This document shows, piece by piece, positions 1-10,570 of a DNA stretch of 64,000 nucleotides. Both the position numbers and the translations under genes were made by a program. The DNA comes from a bacterium (GTDB lineage Bacteria; UBA8248). Location: positions 785,365 to 849,364 of the forward strand of contig CBDATS010000005.1 of assembly GCA_965200245.1 (NCBI GenBank), written 5' to 3'. The notes under the pieces were generated by a model. That model had not been told where the DNA came from. It made no database searches and saw only the letters and a program-made list of their open reading frames with translations. The first letter of the stretch is position 1; the number at the start of each line of letters is the position of its first letter.

Positions 1-1
1 T

Positions 2-886
2 GAAGGATTTCAACGGGTGGTAGGCCATGCCGAGGGCGACAGCGAAACTCGTCAGCTTTCCCGGATCCATGTTCCCCTGTATGACCGCCTGCGCGCCGAA
101 CCACAGAATTCCCGCTCCCATCAGGCCCCCGATGATTTCCACTATGGGGGCCGCCAGCGAACGAACGCGCATGGCGCGCATGATGGTATCGAAAAAAGAA
201 CGGGTGGCGCGCATGAAACGAGCCTCTTCCGCATCTTCGGTTCCAAATGCCTTGACGACGCGAATACCTCCATAGGTTTCCTTCATGAGGCTGCTCATGT
301 CCCCCATGCGCACCTGGGTCCTCCGCGTGATTCGGCGAATCTTCTCTCCCATCGTCAAAACCAGAACCGCCACCAAAGGGACGAGCACGATGAAGATCAG
401 CGCCATTCGGGGACTCTGGTAAATCGCCACTCCGAGCAGGGCGATGAAGGTAAACCCGTTTCGGAGCAAATCCCGCACAGATTCCGTCGCCGCATGCTGC
501 ATCAAGGAGATGTCGTATATGACTTTCGACATCAACTCTCCGGTCGTCTTCATCTCAAAAAAACGGAGCGGCAAATTCACGAGGTGGCGGTGAAGCTCGT
601 TTCTGACATCCATCACCACATGCTGACCGACCCAAAGCATGTAATAGTTCTGGCAATACGCAGCAAAGCCTTTCACCGCATAGACGACGACGAGGGAGAG
701 ACAAATCAACAGGACGATGTCGGAACGCTTGGAGATCAAGATATCGTTGATGACGTGCTGAACGAGGTACGCGGGATATGCATTGAGACCGCCCACGACG
801 ATTGTGCAGACTACGGCGACACCGAACCGAAACCAGTATGGCCGCAGGTATTCCAAGAGTCTGAGATACACCCGGGTACGGCTCAT
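2..886 (-). CDS. msbA: Lipid A/LPS-core flippase ABC transporter MsbA (N-terminal part; runs off the window edge)
   Basis: Not in the ORF track. Manual minus-strand translation from ATG 886 gives MSRTRVYLRLLEYLRPYWFRFGVAVVCTIVVGGLNAYPAYLVQHVINDIL...VGQHVVMDVRNELHRHLVNLPLRFFEMKTTGELMSKVIYDI, an ABC exporter TMD, downstream of LPS-core genes. Confidence 0.85.
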   Translation of the reverse strand, partial: MSRTRVYLRLLEYLRPYWFRFGVAVVCTIVVGGLNAYPAYLVQHVINDILISKRSDIVLLICLSLVVVYAVKGFAAYCQNYYMLWVGQHVVMDVRNELHRHLVNLPLRFFEMKTTGELMSKVIYDISLMQHAATESVRDLLRNGFTFIALLGVAIYQSPRMALIFIVLVPLVAVLVLTMGEKIRRITRRTQVRMGDMSSLMKETYGGIRVVKAFGTEDAEEARFMRATRSFFDTIMRAMRVRSLAAPIVEIIGGLMGAGILWFGAQAVIQGNMDPGKLTSFAVALGMAYHPLKSF

Positions 887-1049
887 TCGTCATTCTCCGC
901 AATATTGGAATCGTATAGCGGGCCTACCTGGCTCTGCACTGCGCATGGCTGGGGTGATTTCATAAGCACACGCTGAGGGTGTTCACGTCCTCAATACAGT
1001 TCCCACACAAGACGGTGCGCATGTACGCGTGACAGGCGGATTCTGCCAA

Positions 1050-1783
1050 TACGCATAAACCCTTTAAGGCCCATCTTCAGGGAATAGCTCCTGAAAAAAT
1101 GCAAGAGGACGGATGACGAAATCGGTGATACCGGGCTGCGCTCCGTGAAAAAACAATTCTTCCGTCGACAACCTAGCGAATTTCACCTGCTTTTGTAAAA
1201 ACCGAAAAGCGAATCATCGCAGCTTTTAGCGATCCAAGGGGGATGCAAGTGCATCTACTCACCCTTTCGCCACCACGGACTTGCACACGCTTTTCTCGTT
1301 GAACAATCTGGCGTCTCGCCTGAACAATCGCCGTTCGCAATCCGGCCAAAGATCACCATGACGAGACCAGGAATCAAGGAATATGTTCTCCCGGGACACA
1401 CAATGCCCATCACAAGGGCCATCGGCGGACAAAACGAAGAGAATTTCTTTCGCGAGTTCAGGACTTACGCACTCCTTCGCGTCCTGACTCAACATCCAGG
1501 AATGATTCGCCTTTGAGGAAACGAAATTTTGCGACGCACAACCTTGCCAGGGATTTTGAATAAACAACGCGCCATGTTCTCGGCAAATTTCCCGGGTGGC
1601 GTCTGCACTGCCCACATCCCCGACGAGGAACTCATGCGCCCGGGATGTGCTGTCGATACACGCGCCAACGCGCTTCGCTTCGTTTCGGACGATAATCGTG
1701 ACGCTCACCGGTTTTCGTATCGATTTGAAAACAGGCTTGTTTCGCGCATCGGCTTCGGCAGACGTTTCCACCAAGCCGGACAT
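1050..1783 (-). pseudogene. Degraded GT2 glycosyltransferase (WaaE/KdtX-like)
   Basis: VSVTIIVRNEAKRVGACIDS start. DxD motif reads DAKE instead of DADE and VVDSGS reads VGDVGS. TGA stop at 1259; broken C-terminal homology (QKQVKFARLSTEELF...DFVIRPL...FFRSYSLKMG) continues to ~1050. Confidence 0.75.
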
Positions 1784-1787
1784 TTTC

Positions 1788-1985
1788 CTAACCTCTCCCC
1801 TCTGTTTTCTCCCACTCACCGAGCGGGATGGCTTCGTCTTCGAGCATAATCGGGATACCGTCTTCGATTTTATAGACAAGACCCGATTCCCGGGCGATCA
1901 AGTAATTCCCGTCCCCGCTCAACTCGAGCGGGGTCTTGGTGACGGGACAAGCCAATATGTCCAACAACTCCTTGTCGACACTCAT
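1788..1985 (-). CDS. Trm112/UPF0434 (YcaR-like) small protein
   Basis: MSVDKELLDILACPVTKTPL...YKIEDGIPIMLEDEA; typical neighbour of LPS genes. Confidence 0.9.
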   Translation of the reverse strand: MSVDKELLDILACPVTKTPLELSGDGNYLIARESGLVYKIEDGIPIMLEDEAIPLGEWEKTEGRG

Positions 1986-2077
1986 TTTCCGGTTATCTCC
2001 AATTTCCAATCAAACCCCTGAAAAACTGTTTTTTCTTTTTTGAAAGATCGCTAGTTTCGCATATTTCGCCATCTATT

Positions 2078-3127
2078 TCATGGGGCAGCCCGAAGACGGT
2101 TCAGCGCATCCATCGCATCTTCGATCCGCACGCGATCCAGGCACTCGATATCGGGGCATTTTCTCGCATAGCAGTCGCTACAGGCGAGACGGTGATGCAA
2201 AACCGAATTCCCCTCTCCCCACGGACCGTTTCTCACGGGTTTCGTGGGTCCCATAATCGCCAAGCATCGAACCCCCAAGGCAGCGGCAATGTGCAAAGGA
2301 CCCGAGTCACCGCCGACAAAAAAAGAACCGCGCCGAATCAGCGCCATCATTTCCCGAACACTCGTCGCGGGAGTAACGTGGGGCCGCGTTCTCGTGGCCG
2401 CGGTCACCTCCTCCACCATCTTTTCGTCCCCCGGACCCCAAATCAGGAGAACATTTCCCAAGCCGCTTTCATGCCAGTAATCGGCGAGTTGCGCAAAACG
2501 GGCCGTGTCCCAGCGTTTTGTCACCCAACCGCCGCCAGGGTGAATCACTAGCAATGCAGCATCTCTGTGCATACCCACATTCTCAAGATACTTTTCCGCC
2601 CACTCACGCTCTTCTTTCGTTTCATGAAGCGGAAAGCGGTATTCATGTTTCGGAGGAGCTGGTAAGCCCAACGACTCCATGAAAGACAGGTTTTTCTCCA
2701 CGACGTGGTGGGGACTTTCCGGCGGCTGCACGTGATGTGTCGTGAAAAGCACGTTCATCCCCTCTCGGCAAAAACGATGCTCGAACCCGACGCGAACGGG
2801 CGCTCCCGACGCCCACGCCACAAAACCGCTTTTGATCAGCCCCTGGGCGTCGACCGCCACGTCTGCACCTGCGTTCCTGACCGCCAACAAGTCGTGCCTG
2901 AGAGCAGAGAAACCGCCTGTGAGCACATTTTTCCGCCACACCCTGGTGTCGATAGTCAGGATTTCGTCGATATCCGGATTTTCCAGAAGCACTTCCCCCG
3001 GGACTGGCTCGACCACCCAAGTGATGTGAGAATCGGGCCGTGCATCCTTGATGGCCGACGCCAAGGGAAGGGTATGGACAACGTCGCCTATCGCTCCCAA
3101 GCGGACAATGAGGAAACGCTCACCCAT
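2078..3127 (-). CDS. waaC: LPS heptosyltransferase (GT9, WaaC-like)
   Basis: FLIVRLGAIGDVVH, DAQGLIKS, HPGGGWVTKRW and GGDSGPLHIAAALG motifs; WaaC versus WaaF not resolved. Confidence 0.8.
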   Translation of the reverse strand: MGERFLIVRLGAIGDVVHTLPLASAIKDARPDSHITWVVEPVPGEVLLENPDIDEILTIDTRVWRKNVLTGGFSALRHDLLAVRNAGADVAVDAQGLIKSGFVAWASGAPVRVGFEHRFCREGMNVLFTTHHVQPPESPHHVVEKNLSFMESLGLPAPPKHEYRFPLHETKEEREWAEKYLENVGMHRDAALLVIHPGGGWVTKRWDTARFAQLADYWHESGLGNVLLIWGPGDEKMVEEVTAATRTRPHVTPATSVREMMALIRRGSFFVGGDSGPLHIAAALGVRCLAIMGPTKPVRNGPWGEGNSVLHHRLACSDCYARKCPDIECLDRVRIEDAMDALNRLRAAP

Positions 3128-3191
3128 CCGTAGCCCCTTTTTCGATGCGCCCGGAAACCTTCTCCGGCTTGCAGTCCGTTCACGTTGATGT

Positions 3192-4184
3192 TCACACGCT
3201 CTCCCCCTCGAACACCGCCAAGAGTTCATGGGGCTCCACAACTGCAGTCCCCGCCTTCATCACCACCAGTCCAGCCGCGCGATTCGCTATCTCCGCCGCC
3301 TCGTGCATCGAGGCACCCGAAGCGAGCGAGAGCGTTAAAGCGGCGATTACCGTGTCCCCCGCCCCGGTCACATCGAGCACCTGTTCCGACCCATAGATGG
3401 GAATGTCCACTCCCGGAGAATCGCCCTCGAACAGCGTCATCCCCTTGTCGCCCCGGGTAAGCAGGACCGCCCGCGCGTCTGTTATTTCGAGCAAAGAAGT
3501 TCCCGCCTCATCCAGCCGATCCTTATCGGGCCGATACCCGAGCAACCCTTCGGCTTCCTCCTCATTTGGCGTAATAGCCGTAGCCCCCGGAAACGAGTCT
3601 CCCGCATAGCGGCTATCCACCGTGACGATGAGTTCGCCGGATAACGCCCGCATAGCCTCCTTGACGCCCTTCGTCACCACGCCAAGTCCATAGTCCGAGA
3701 TCAAAATAGCATCCAGCCCGTCATTTGCCATCCGCTTGATTTCACGCAACATCTGCGATTCGATTCTCTTGCCGAGTTCCAGTTTCTTTTCATGATCTAC
3801 GCGGATCACCTGCTGACGCTTCGTGTTGCGTCCCCCCGCCATAATGCGTGTCTTCCTGGGAGTGACACGCCCGGAATCTTTCCATAAAAACCCGGTGTCG
3901 ATTCGGCGGCCGCCCATCGCGTGAAGGATCGCTTCGCCCACTTCATCGGCCCCCAGCGCGCCGACGGCCCACACGTTCCCGCCCAGAGCTGCCGCATTCA
4001 TCGCTGCATTGCCGCCACCGCCGGGAACGATCTCTCGATCTATAAAATCCAGAACGAGCACGGGCGCTTCGCGGCTGATGCGCGATGTGGCACCGTGGAT
4101 GAACTCATCCGCAATGAAATCACCGATTACTGCCATGCGGATGGACGAGAATTTTTGGATGTAACCTGCCAGATGCGCATCCAT
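3192..4184 (-). CDS. rfaE1: Heptose-7-phosphate kinase (RfaE domain I / HldA, PfkB family)
   Basis: RISREAPVLV, GGGGNAAMN, ISDYGLG, ITPNEEEAE, DVTGAGDTV. Confidence 0.9.
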   Translation of the reverse strand: MDAHLAGYIQKFSSIRMAVIGDFIADEFIHGATSRISREAPVLVLDFIDREIVPGGGGNAAMNAAALGGNVWAVGALGADEVGEAILHAMGGRRIDTGFLWKDSGRVTPRKTRIMAGGRNTKRQQVIRVDHEKKLELGKRIESQMLREIKRMANDGLDAILISDYGLGVVTKGVKEAMRALSGELIVTVDSRYAGDSFPGATAITPNEEEAEGLLGYRPDKDRLDEAGTSLLEITDARAVLLTRGDKGMTLFEGDSPGVDIPIYGSEQVLDVTGAGDTVIAALTLSLASGASMHEAAEIANRAAGLVVMKAGTAVVEPHELLAVFEGESV

Positions 4185-4185
4185 G

Positions 4186-4788
4186 CTAGTGATTCCCAGT
4201 CTCGCGCAAGATGAGTTCTACAGCATGGTAGGCGTCTTCCGCCACGAAATCAGGTTGCCGGGGCCACTGTGCTCCGCGAAGTTCCCGCTCCCCCCGGCCA
4301 TACCCCGAGAGCACAAGACCAGACCTGCAACCCGCGCGCCAGCCCGCTTCCAGATCGGAATACTTGTCTCCCAGCATGACGGATTTCTCCAAGTCGACAT
4401 CGTGTTCCTCAGCCGCCTTGAGGATCATGCCAGGATAGGGCTTGCGCATTTTGCAATCAATCGCGTAATCGAGGTCGTCTCCACTCGGAACGTGGGGACA
4501 ATAGTAGACGGCGTCGAGCCGCGCGCTCTTAGCGCCCAGTTCATCCTGAAGCTTTCGATGCACCTTTTCGATCATTGTTTCAGGGAAGTAACCCCGCGCC
4601 ACGCCAGCCTGATTCGTGATCAGGATGGCGAGCCAGCCCGCCTCGTTCACTTTCCGCACAGCCGCTGCCGCTCTCGGGAGGAGTTCGTACACATCAAGAT
4701 GAGTAACGTAGCCAACGTCACGATTCAAAGTTCCGTCCCTGTCGAAAAACACGGCCGGTATTTCGCCTGACCTTTTTTCATTGCCCAT
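4186..4788 (-). CDS. gmhB: Heptose-1,7-bisphosphate phosphatase (HAD family)
   Basis: FFDRDGTLN, TNQAGVARG, YYCPH, RKPYPGM, GDKYSD. Confidence 0.93.
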   Translation of the reverse strand: MGNEKRSGEIPAVFFDRDGTLNRDVGYVTHLDVYELLPRAAAAVRKVNEAGWLAILITNQAGVARGYFPETMIEKVHRKLQDELGAKSARLDAVYYCPHVPSGDDLDYAIDCKMRKPYPGMILKAAEEHDVDLEKSVMLGDKYSDLEAGWRAGCRSGLVLSGYGRGERELRGAQWPRQPDFVAEDAYHAVELILRETGNH

Positions 4789-5152
4789 TCTTGCTTATCC
4801 TTCGTTTTTCGTTCAGCAATCCGGCGACTTCACTCGCCATCTGTTCGTTTCATGCAATCGTGATTAGTCAAAAGGGTATGTTCTCGCGTAACTCGGGGGA
4901 CAATCGAGGGCCCTTGCGCATGTCCCGTTTCCATGGGCCTCTCGGCGTCGTTTGACGATAATCCGTGGGTCCGAACAGTGCAATCGTCGCCTCACCTTGA
5001 ATCACGGGGAAAAAACCAAAACCCCATTTCTTTCAACGCTATCAACCAGCGTTACAGGCGTCAATGAACATGAAAACACGCTTTGCAATCCGCCAATCGC
5101 TCATATAGTGTGATGAGAACCCATCAAGACACCACATCCCAGAGGGTTTCAC

Positions 5153-6370
5153 TTGAAGACATTGCACCGATATATCCTAGGTGAATTGGTGTCCTATCTT
5201 CTCATATCCTTGTTCTTCCTCACGTTCGTCCTCTTGTTGCACAAAATGTTTCAATTCACGGATTTGGTAGTGAACCGTGGAGTGCCGATCACCATTGTGG
5301 CGCAATTTCTTATCGCCGCCCTGCCTGTACTGCTCTCCGTCACCCTGCTTATGTCCATTCTCATTTCGAGCATCATGGTGTTCAGCCGCATGTCGAGCGA
5401 CAGCGAATCGCTCGCGATGACCGCCTCGGGCATGACTTTTTACTCACAACTCATCCCCGTGGCGGCCGTGGGGACAGTTGCAGCCGTCCTGAACGGATTT
5501 CTCATGGTGTTCGGCCTGCCCTGGAGTCACGACTTCACCTCGGAACTCGGAAAGCGAATGCTTCATAGCAGGGTCGCCGCCTTCGATCTCAGAGAACAGG
5601 TTTTTCACAGCCAGTTCGATGGAGTCATGTTCTACGTGCAAAAAACCGAAGACTCGGGCAAGACGATGAAAGGCATCATCATTTCAGACACCAGAGAGGC
5701 CGGTACCAACCGGGTCATCTTCGCGGAACGCGGTATGCTCATCAAATCGAAAGCATCCTCCGGAATTTGGCTGCGCCTCGTCGGAGGAACCGTCCACACC
5801 GTCAGCAGCTCAGAGAAAATTCCCGAGGACATAACTGATACGAGTGAAGATTTCTCTTACTCGGGAGACCACTATCAAATCGCGCGCTTCGAGAACTACG
5901 ACCTCAATTTCGATTTCGCGCAATCCATCGGTAAATCGAAAGCACTCAGGAGAAGCCTGCGATCCTTTCCCGTCGATGAACTCAGAAACAAATTGAAACA
6001 ACACGAGCCGGGAACGGGCAGATACAACGCCATTCTCGTCGAATTGCAAAAGAAATTCGCGGCGCCTTTCACTTGTCTCTTGCTGGCGTTGGTGGGAGCA
6101 CCGCTCGGCGTGCGGAACAGACGATCGGGACGACACGGCGGCTTTGCCCTGAGCCTGGGTGTTATGATTCTCTATTACATGCTCGTCACCTTCGCCGAAG
6201 GCTTGGCGGAAAGCGGAAACATGACCGTTTCAGTCGCCGTATGGGGCCCGAACGCGTTGCTGGCCATTCTCGCCGGTTATCTGGTGCAAACCGTCGGACG
6301 GCGCGGCGCCATCAACACCTGGAGTCTGCTGTCGAAACCCTTCTCCTTGTTCATCCGGCAAAAAACGTAA
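5153..6370 (+). CDS. lptF: LPS export ABC permease LptF
   Basis: MKTLHRYIL, RMSSDSESLAMTASG, ELQKKFAAPF, WGPN; paired with lptG. Confidence 0.9.
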   Translation: MKTLHRYILGELVSYLLISLFFLTFVLLLHKMFQFTDLVVNRGVPITIVAQFLIAALPVLLSVTLLMSILISSIMVFSRMSSDSESLAMTASGMTFYSQLIPVAAVGTVAAVLNGFLMVFGLPWSHDFTSELGKRMLHSRVAAFDLREQVFHSQFDGVMFYVQKTEDSGKTMKGIIISDTREAGTNRVIFAERGMLIKSKASSGIWLRLVGGTVHTVSSSEKIPEDITDTSEDFSYSGDHYQIARFENYDLNFDFAQSIGKSKALRRSLRSFPVDELRNKLKQHEPGTGRYNAILVELQKKFAAPFTCLLLALVGAPLGVRNRRSGRHGGFALSLGVMILYYMLVTFAEGLAESGNMTVSVAVWGPNALLAILAGYLVQTVGRRGAINTWSLLSKPFSLFIRQKT

Positions 6371-6379
6371 AATCCCGCC

Positions 6380-7468
6380 ATGAGCATACTAGAACGCTAC
6401 ATATTGAAGCAGTTCTTCAAAATGGCGTTTCTTTGCCAATCGGGAGCCATCACTCTTTTCCTCATCGCGGAGTTCATCGAGCGAATCGACGATTTCATCG
6501 AAGAGAACGCGACGCTGACCGACGGGACGCTTTATTTTCTTTTCAAAATACCCCATCTCGTCTTTCTCTCCGTTCCGCTCACCGTTCTTCTGTCGAGCAC
6601 GTTAACGCTGATCCTTTTCTCCAGGGAGAACGAGGTTCTCGCCATGCGCGCAGGTGGCCTGAGCCTATTCCGAATCATTGCGCCCATCCTCATCGCCAGC
6701 CTGGGGATCAGCTTTCTCACTTTCGGAGCGAATGAATACATCGTTCCGTTCACCAACGAGCGCGTGGAATACATCTGGCGGGTCAAAATCAAGAAAACCG
6801 GGCCGCAAACGCATTCACAGAGAGGAAAAATCTGGTACCGTTCGAAAGACGGCTCCATCTGGCGCATCACACACTACGATCCATTATCCAAAACAATGAG
6901 AGGCGTCACCCTGTACCGAATGGACGGGCGAAACCGCCTGAAGCAGCGCATTGACGCAGCCGAGGCGGTTTGGACGCCTGTGGAAAAACATTGGGAATTC
7001 CGCAAAGGTTTCATCCACGACTTTGCGGGCGAAGGAAAAATCAAGCAACAAACCTTTCAAAGAAAAGTTTTCGCGCTCGAAGAAGTGCCCAAGAACTTCG
7101 AAAAAACAGGCGCGAACCCAGAGACGATGAATTATCAGGAACTTGGTCGCTACATCAAAGACTTGCGCGACCGCGGCGCAAACACCACCCGCTACGCCGT
7201 AGACTTGTGGGCGAAAGTTTCCGCTCCATTCATTTGTTTCGTATTGGCCATTGTGGGTGTGCCTTTCTCCATACGAAGCAGCAGAAGCGGAGGAGCCGCC
7301 CTGGGTGTCGCCACTGCCATCGGAATCGGCGCCGTCTATCTCGTTCTTTTCCACGCGAGCCTGTCGTTCGGACACGCCGGACGCCTGCCGCCCATCCTGG
7401 CGGCATGGGGACCGAATGCAATTTTCCTCGCGGGAGGGGCCTATCTGCTCGCTTCCATCAGAACGTGA
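6380..7468 (+). CDS. lptG: LPS export ABC permease LptG
   Basis: MSILERYILK, SRENEVLAMRAGGLSL, PPILAAWGPN. Confidence 0.9.
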   Translation: MSILERYILKQFFKMAFLCQSGAITLFLIAEFIERIDDFIEENATLTDGTLYFLFKIPHLVFLSVPLTVLLSSTLTLILFSRENEVLAMRAGGLSLFRIIAPILIASLGISFLTFGANEYIVPFTNERVEYIWRVKIKKTGPQTHSQRGKIWYRSKDGSIWRITHYDPLSKTMRGVTLYRMDGRNRLKQRIDAAEAVWTPVEKHWEFRKGFIHDFAGEGKIKQQTFQRKVFALEEVPKNFEKTGANPETMNYQELGRYIKDLRDRGANTTRYAVDLWAKVSAPFICFVLAIVGVPFSIRSSRSGGAALGVATAIGIGAVYLVLFHASLSFGHAGRLPPILAAWGPNAIFLAGGAYLLASIRT

Positions 7469-7477
7469 TGTGGTCGT

Positions 7478-8578
7478 TCAATCTGAAAACGCCATTTTCT
7501 CGATTAAGTCACTCAGACTCACCTCATCGTCAATCCGCATCACTACACGAAGGACACGAAACGGTGCTTTGCTGAGCAAAGAAGACAGCTTCACCGCATC
7601 CTTTTCGGTGGTCAGAATGAATTCGGCCCCTGTGTCCTGCAACGACGAAACGATCCGCACTCCATCTGCCAGCGCGTAATTGGCATGATCCGGATATTCG
7701 TGATGCGCCAGCACCTCGGCATCCAGCGATTCAAGCAACTTCTCGAAGCCACGCGGATTCCCCAACCCGCTCACGGCGACGACCTTGACACCTCTCAAAT
7801 CCTCCGGTGCGCCCGCTATCTCCCCTCGTGCATCCAGGAGCGCATCAGGCGCAAGATGTCCCGTGAAAATCGGAACATCCGGTGCAAGGGAGTGAATTTC
7901 CGATCTCGTTTGAGCACAGCACTCACCCGTCACCAATACAACATTTGCACGCCCCAAAGCCGAAACGGGCTCCCGAAGAACGCCTGCGGGAACCACCCTG
8001 CCGTTTCCAAAAGGAAAATCCCCGCGCAAAACCACCACGTCCACGTCGCGGTCAAGCGCCAAATGCTGGAACCCGTCGTCGAGCACGACGACATCGGCCT
8101 CGAATTCTTCCACCGCTTTTTCCGCAACGAAAGAACGCTCGGCACCCGTCAAAACGACGAGGTCAGGATAGCGTCGCGCGAGCATCGCCGCCTCATCCGC
8201 GGCCGGCGGCGAGGTCATGAGGCTTCCCTTTCCGTCGCCCACGACCAGCACGTCCCTGGGCCTCGCGCCATAGCCCCTGCTCACGATAGCGGGTCTTCTT
8301 CCCTGCAAGGCCAGTTTTTCCGCCAGCCATGCGACCGTGGGCGTCTTGCCCGTCCCTCCGAGAGTGAGGTTGCCAATCGAAATGACGGGCGCAGGGTTTT
8401 TCGCGACACGGACTTTCCCTGTTTCATAGCGCCTGCGTCGACTCGCCATGGCGGCACCGTAGATACTTCCCAGTGGAGACAGGCTCTTCGCCAAGGCATG
8501 AGACCAGGCAGGGGAGGAGGGGTCGCTCTCCCAGGCCTTTAGAATCGAGCGCCGAAAACTCATGAAGTTCCCCCGCAC
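7478..8578 (-). CDS. lpxK: Tetraacyldisaccharide 4'-kinase
   Basis: ISIGNLTLGGTGKTP, SRGYG, LDDGFQH, PAGVLREP, TTEKDAVK. Confidence 0.96.
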   Translation of the reverse strand: MRGNFMSFRRSILKAWESDPSSPAWSHALAKSLSPLGSIYGAAMASRRRRYETGKVRVAKNPAPVISIGNLTLGGTGKTPTVAWLAEKLALQGRRPAIVSRGYGARPRDVLVVGDGKGSLMTSPPAADEAAMLARRYPDLVVLTGAERSFVAEKAVEEFEADVVVLDDGFQHLALDRDVDVVVLRGDFPFGNGRVVPAGVLREPVSALGRANVVLVTGECCAQTRSEIHSLAPDVPIFTGHLAPDALLDARGEIAGAPEDLRGVKVVAVSGLGNPRGFEKLLESLDAEVLAHHEYPDHANYALADGVRIVSSLQDTGAEFILTTEKDAVKLSSLLSKAPFRVLRVVMRIDDEVSLSDLIEKMAFSD

Positions 8579-9831
8579 GATTCCTCAAGAACCTGAACGA
8601 TGTATTTCGTGGTTCGTTCAGAAGCGCCCCGGTTGTTCTCCACCACACGGCGTGCGGCCTCGCCCGCTGTTTTTCGCGCCTTCGGATCTTCCAGCCATTC
8701 CATGATGGCAGCTTCCAGATTCTCCCGCCCGTCCAATTGAACCGCGCCGCCTTGTTTGACCATCTCACGCGTTACCTCGGCAAAATTCTCCATGTGGGGA
8801 CCACACAGGCACGGCGCGGCACAGCGGGCCGCTTCTATCGGGTTCTGACCCCCATGCGGAATGAAACTTCCCCCTATGATGGCCATCGCCGCACATCCAT
8901 AGGCGCCCGCGAGTTCTCCCATCATGTCCAGGATGACCACCCGATGCCCAGTGTCCGTACTCTCGATGTGACTCCAACGCACGGTAGAGAGTCCTGCATC
9001 TCGAAGGTCCGCTTCCACTTGGGCCACCCGATTCAAGTGGCGCGGCGCGAGAAGAAGGCCGACACCCGGCATTTTCCGCTGAACGGAGGCGAGAACCGAT
9101 CCAATCAGTTTCTCTTCTCCGGGGTGCGTGCTGCCCGCCACGATGATTTGCTCGCACGCGCCCAACCCGTACCCACCATGCGGAGGCTCCTGCGGGGACA
9201 ATGGCGCATCGTATTTCACGTTTCCAGAAACACGCACGGCAACTGCGCCCAATCCCGAGAATCGTCCGGCGTCCTCTTCCCCTCGCGCCAGCACGTCCAT
9301 TACACGCTCGAGAATCGGAGCAAAGAAGAATCGAAAACGCCTGTAGCGAAGATATGACCGTTCGGAAAGCCGCCCATTGACGATCGAAACGGGGATGTTG
9401 CACCTCGCTGTCTCCGTGATGAGATTCGGCCAAATTTCCGTCTCAATGATCGCAAGCATCGACGGTCGGATGCGCATCAATGCAGCACGGACGAGAGGAG
9501 GAAAATCCAGCGGCAAATAGATGAGTTGCTCGACGCCCGATATTTTTTTCGCCTCGTTTCTTCCCGTTTGCGTCACCGTGGAAATAACGACCCTGAGCTC
9601 TGGCTTTATTCTCAAAAGCGCAGGTACCAGGACAGCTGCCACGCCCACTTCCCCCACAGAGACGGCATGCAGCCAAAGACGGCCTTCCGCCGAATCAGGC
9701 AGTTCGGGAGGAAACCCGAATCTTTCACGAACGGCGCGCAATTCGAACCCGCGAAGCCACAAACGGACGAAAAAATATACGAGCAACGCCGGAGAAACGA
9801 AAAGAAGAACGAGGTTATAGAGAAACAGCAT
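8560..9831 (-). CDS. waaA: Kdo transferase
   Basis: WLHAVSVGEV, ETEIWPN, NGRLS, AGSTHPGEE, APRH, GGQNPIE. Confidence 0.96.
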   Translation of the reverse strand: MLFLYNLVLLFVSPALLVYFFVRLWLRGFELRAVRERFGFPPELPDSAEGRLWLHAVSVGEVGVAAVLVPALLRIKPELRVVISTVTQTGRNEAKKISGVEQLIYLPLDFPPLVRAALMRIRPSMLAIIETEIWPNLITETARCNIPVSIVNGRLSERSYLRYRRFRFFFAPILERVMDVLARGEEDAGRFSGLGAVAVRVSGNVKYDAPLSPQEPPHGGYGLGACEQIIVAGSTHPGEEKLIGSVLASVQRKMPGVGLLLAPRHLNRVAQVEADLRDAGLSTVRWSHIESTDTGHRVVILDMMGELAGAYGCAAMAIIGGSFIPHGGQNPIEAARCAAPCLCGPHMENFAEVTREMVKQGGAVQLDGRENLEAAIMEWLEDPKARKTAGEAARRVVENNRGASERTTKYIVQVLEESCGGTS

Positions 9832-9838
9832 GAGCGGC

Positions 9839-10570
9839 CTACTTCCTCGATCTATTCTTCAGGTGGTATTGCGCCTCCTCGCTCGCATGAATCAACCGGT
9901 TTTCAATTTCCACGCGCATCTCTTCCAAGGTTCCTTTGTCCCGGGTGCGGGGAACATCCAGAGGCTCTGCACAGCAAGCAACGATTCTCCCAAACGGCAA
10001 TGGGAGAATCGTCTTGTCCCACGTGGGGAAGGTGAAGAAGCGCGACGCCGCGAAAGCGACCGGACAAACCGGATACCCCGTGATGCTTGCCAAGGACACA
10101 ACTCCCTTTTTCACCCGCTGCGGAGGGCCCTTCGGTCCATCTGGTGTAATCAGAAGATGGTGTTCCCCCTTCTTTGCCACTCTGACCATCTGCCGAATCG
10201 CAGAGGACCCACCTTTATCCGTTCCATCCACAGATGAGGAAGATCCTCTCACGCAATGAACCTTGAGCCACGCCAGGAACTGGGTCACCAATTCTCCGTC
10301 CCGGCTTCTGCTCGCCATGCCCGTGTAGTGATAATGACCCGGGAAAAAAAAAGGGACCAGACCCAAATGATGATGCCAGTACGCCCAGATGAATTTTTCA
10401 TCGAGCCTCAAGCGTATTTTCTCATTCGCTTCCGTTTTCGGAAAAATTTTCGAGGAGGTAGCTGAAACCGCTTTAAGATAACCTGCGATGATCGCGCCGC
10501 CCAACCACGCCGAAAGCGGCGCATCGGGATTCCTGCCCCATTCATCATAAGCGACCGACTCATCATCCAT
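9839..10570 (-). CDS. DUF374 lysophospholipid acyltransferase (LpxJ-like lipid A late acyltransferase)
   Basis: AYWHHH, ASRSRDGE, RGSS, ITPDGPKGP, TWDKTILPLPFGR; lies between lpxB and waaA. Confidence 0.8.
   Translation of the reverse strand: MDDESVAYDEWGRNPDAPLSAWLGGAIIAGYLKAVSATSSKIFPKTEANEKIRLRLDEKFIWAYWHHHLGLVPFFFPGHYHYTGMASRSRDGELVTQFLAWLKVHCVRGSSSSVDGTDKGGSSAIRQMVRVAKKGEHHLLITPDGPKGPPQRVKKGVVSLASITGYPVCPVAFAASRFFTFPTWDKTILPLPFGRIVACCAEPLDVPRTRDKGTLEEMRVEIENRLIHASEEAQYHLKNRSRK

Noticed and set aside
17-976. 319-aa plus-strand ORF
   Set aside because: Antisense shadow of msbA, which is on the minus strand
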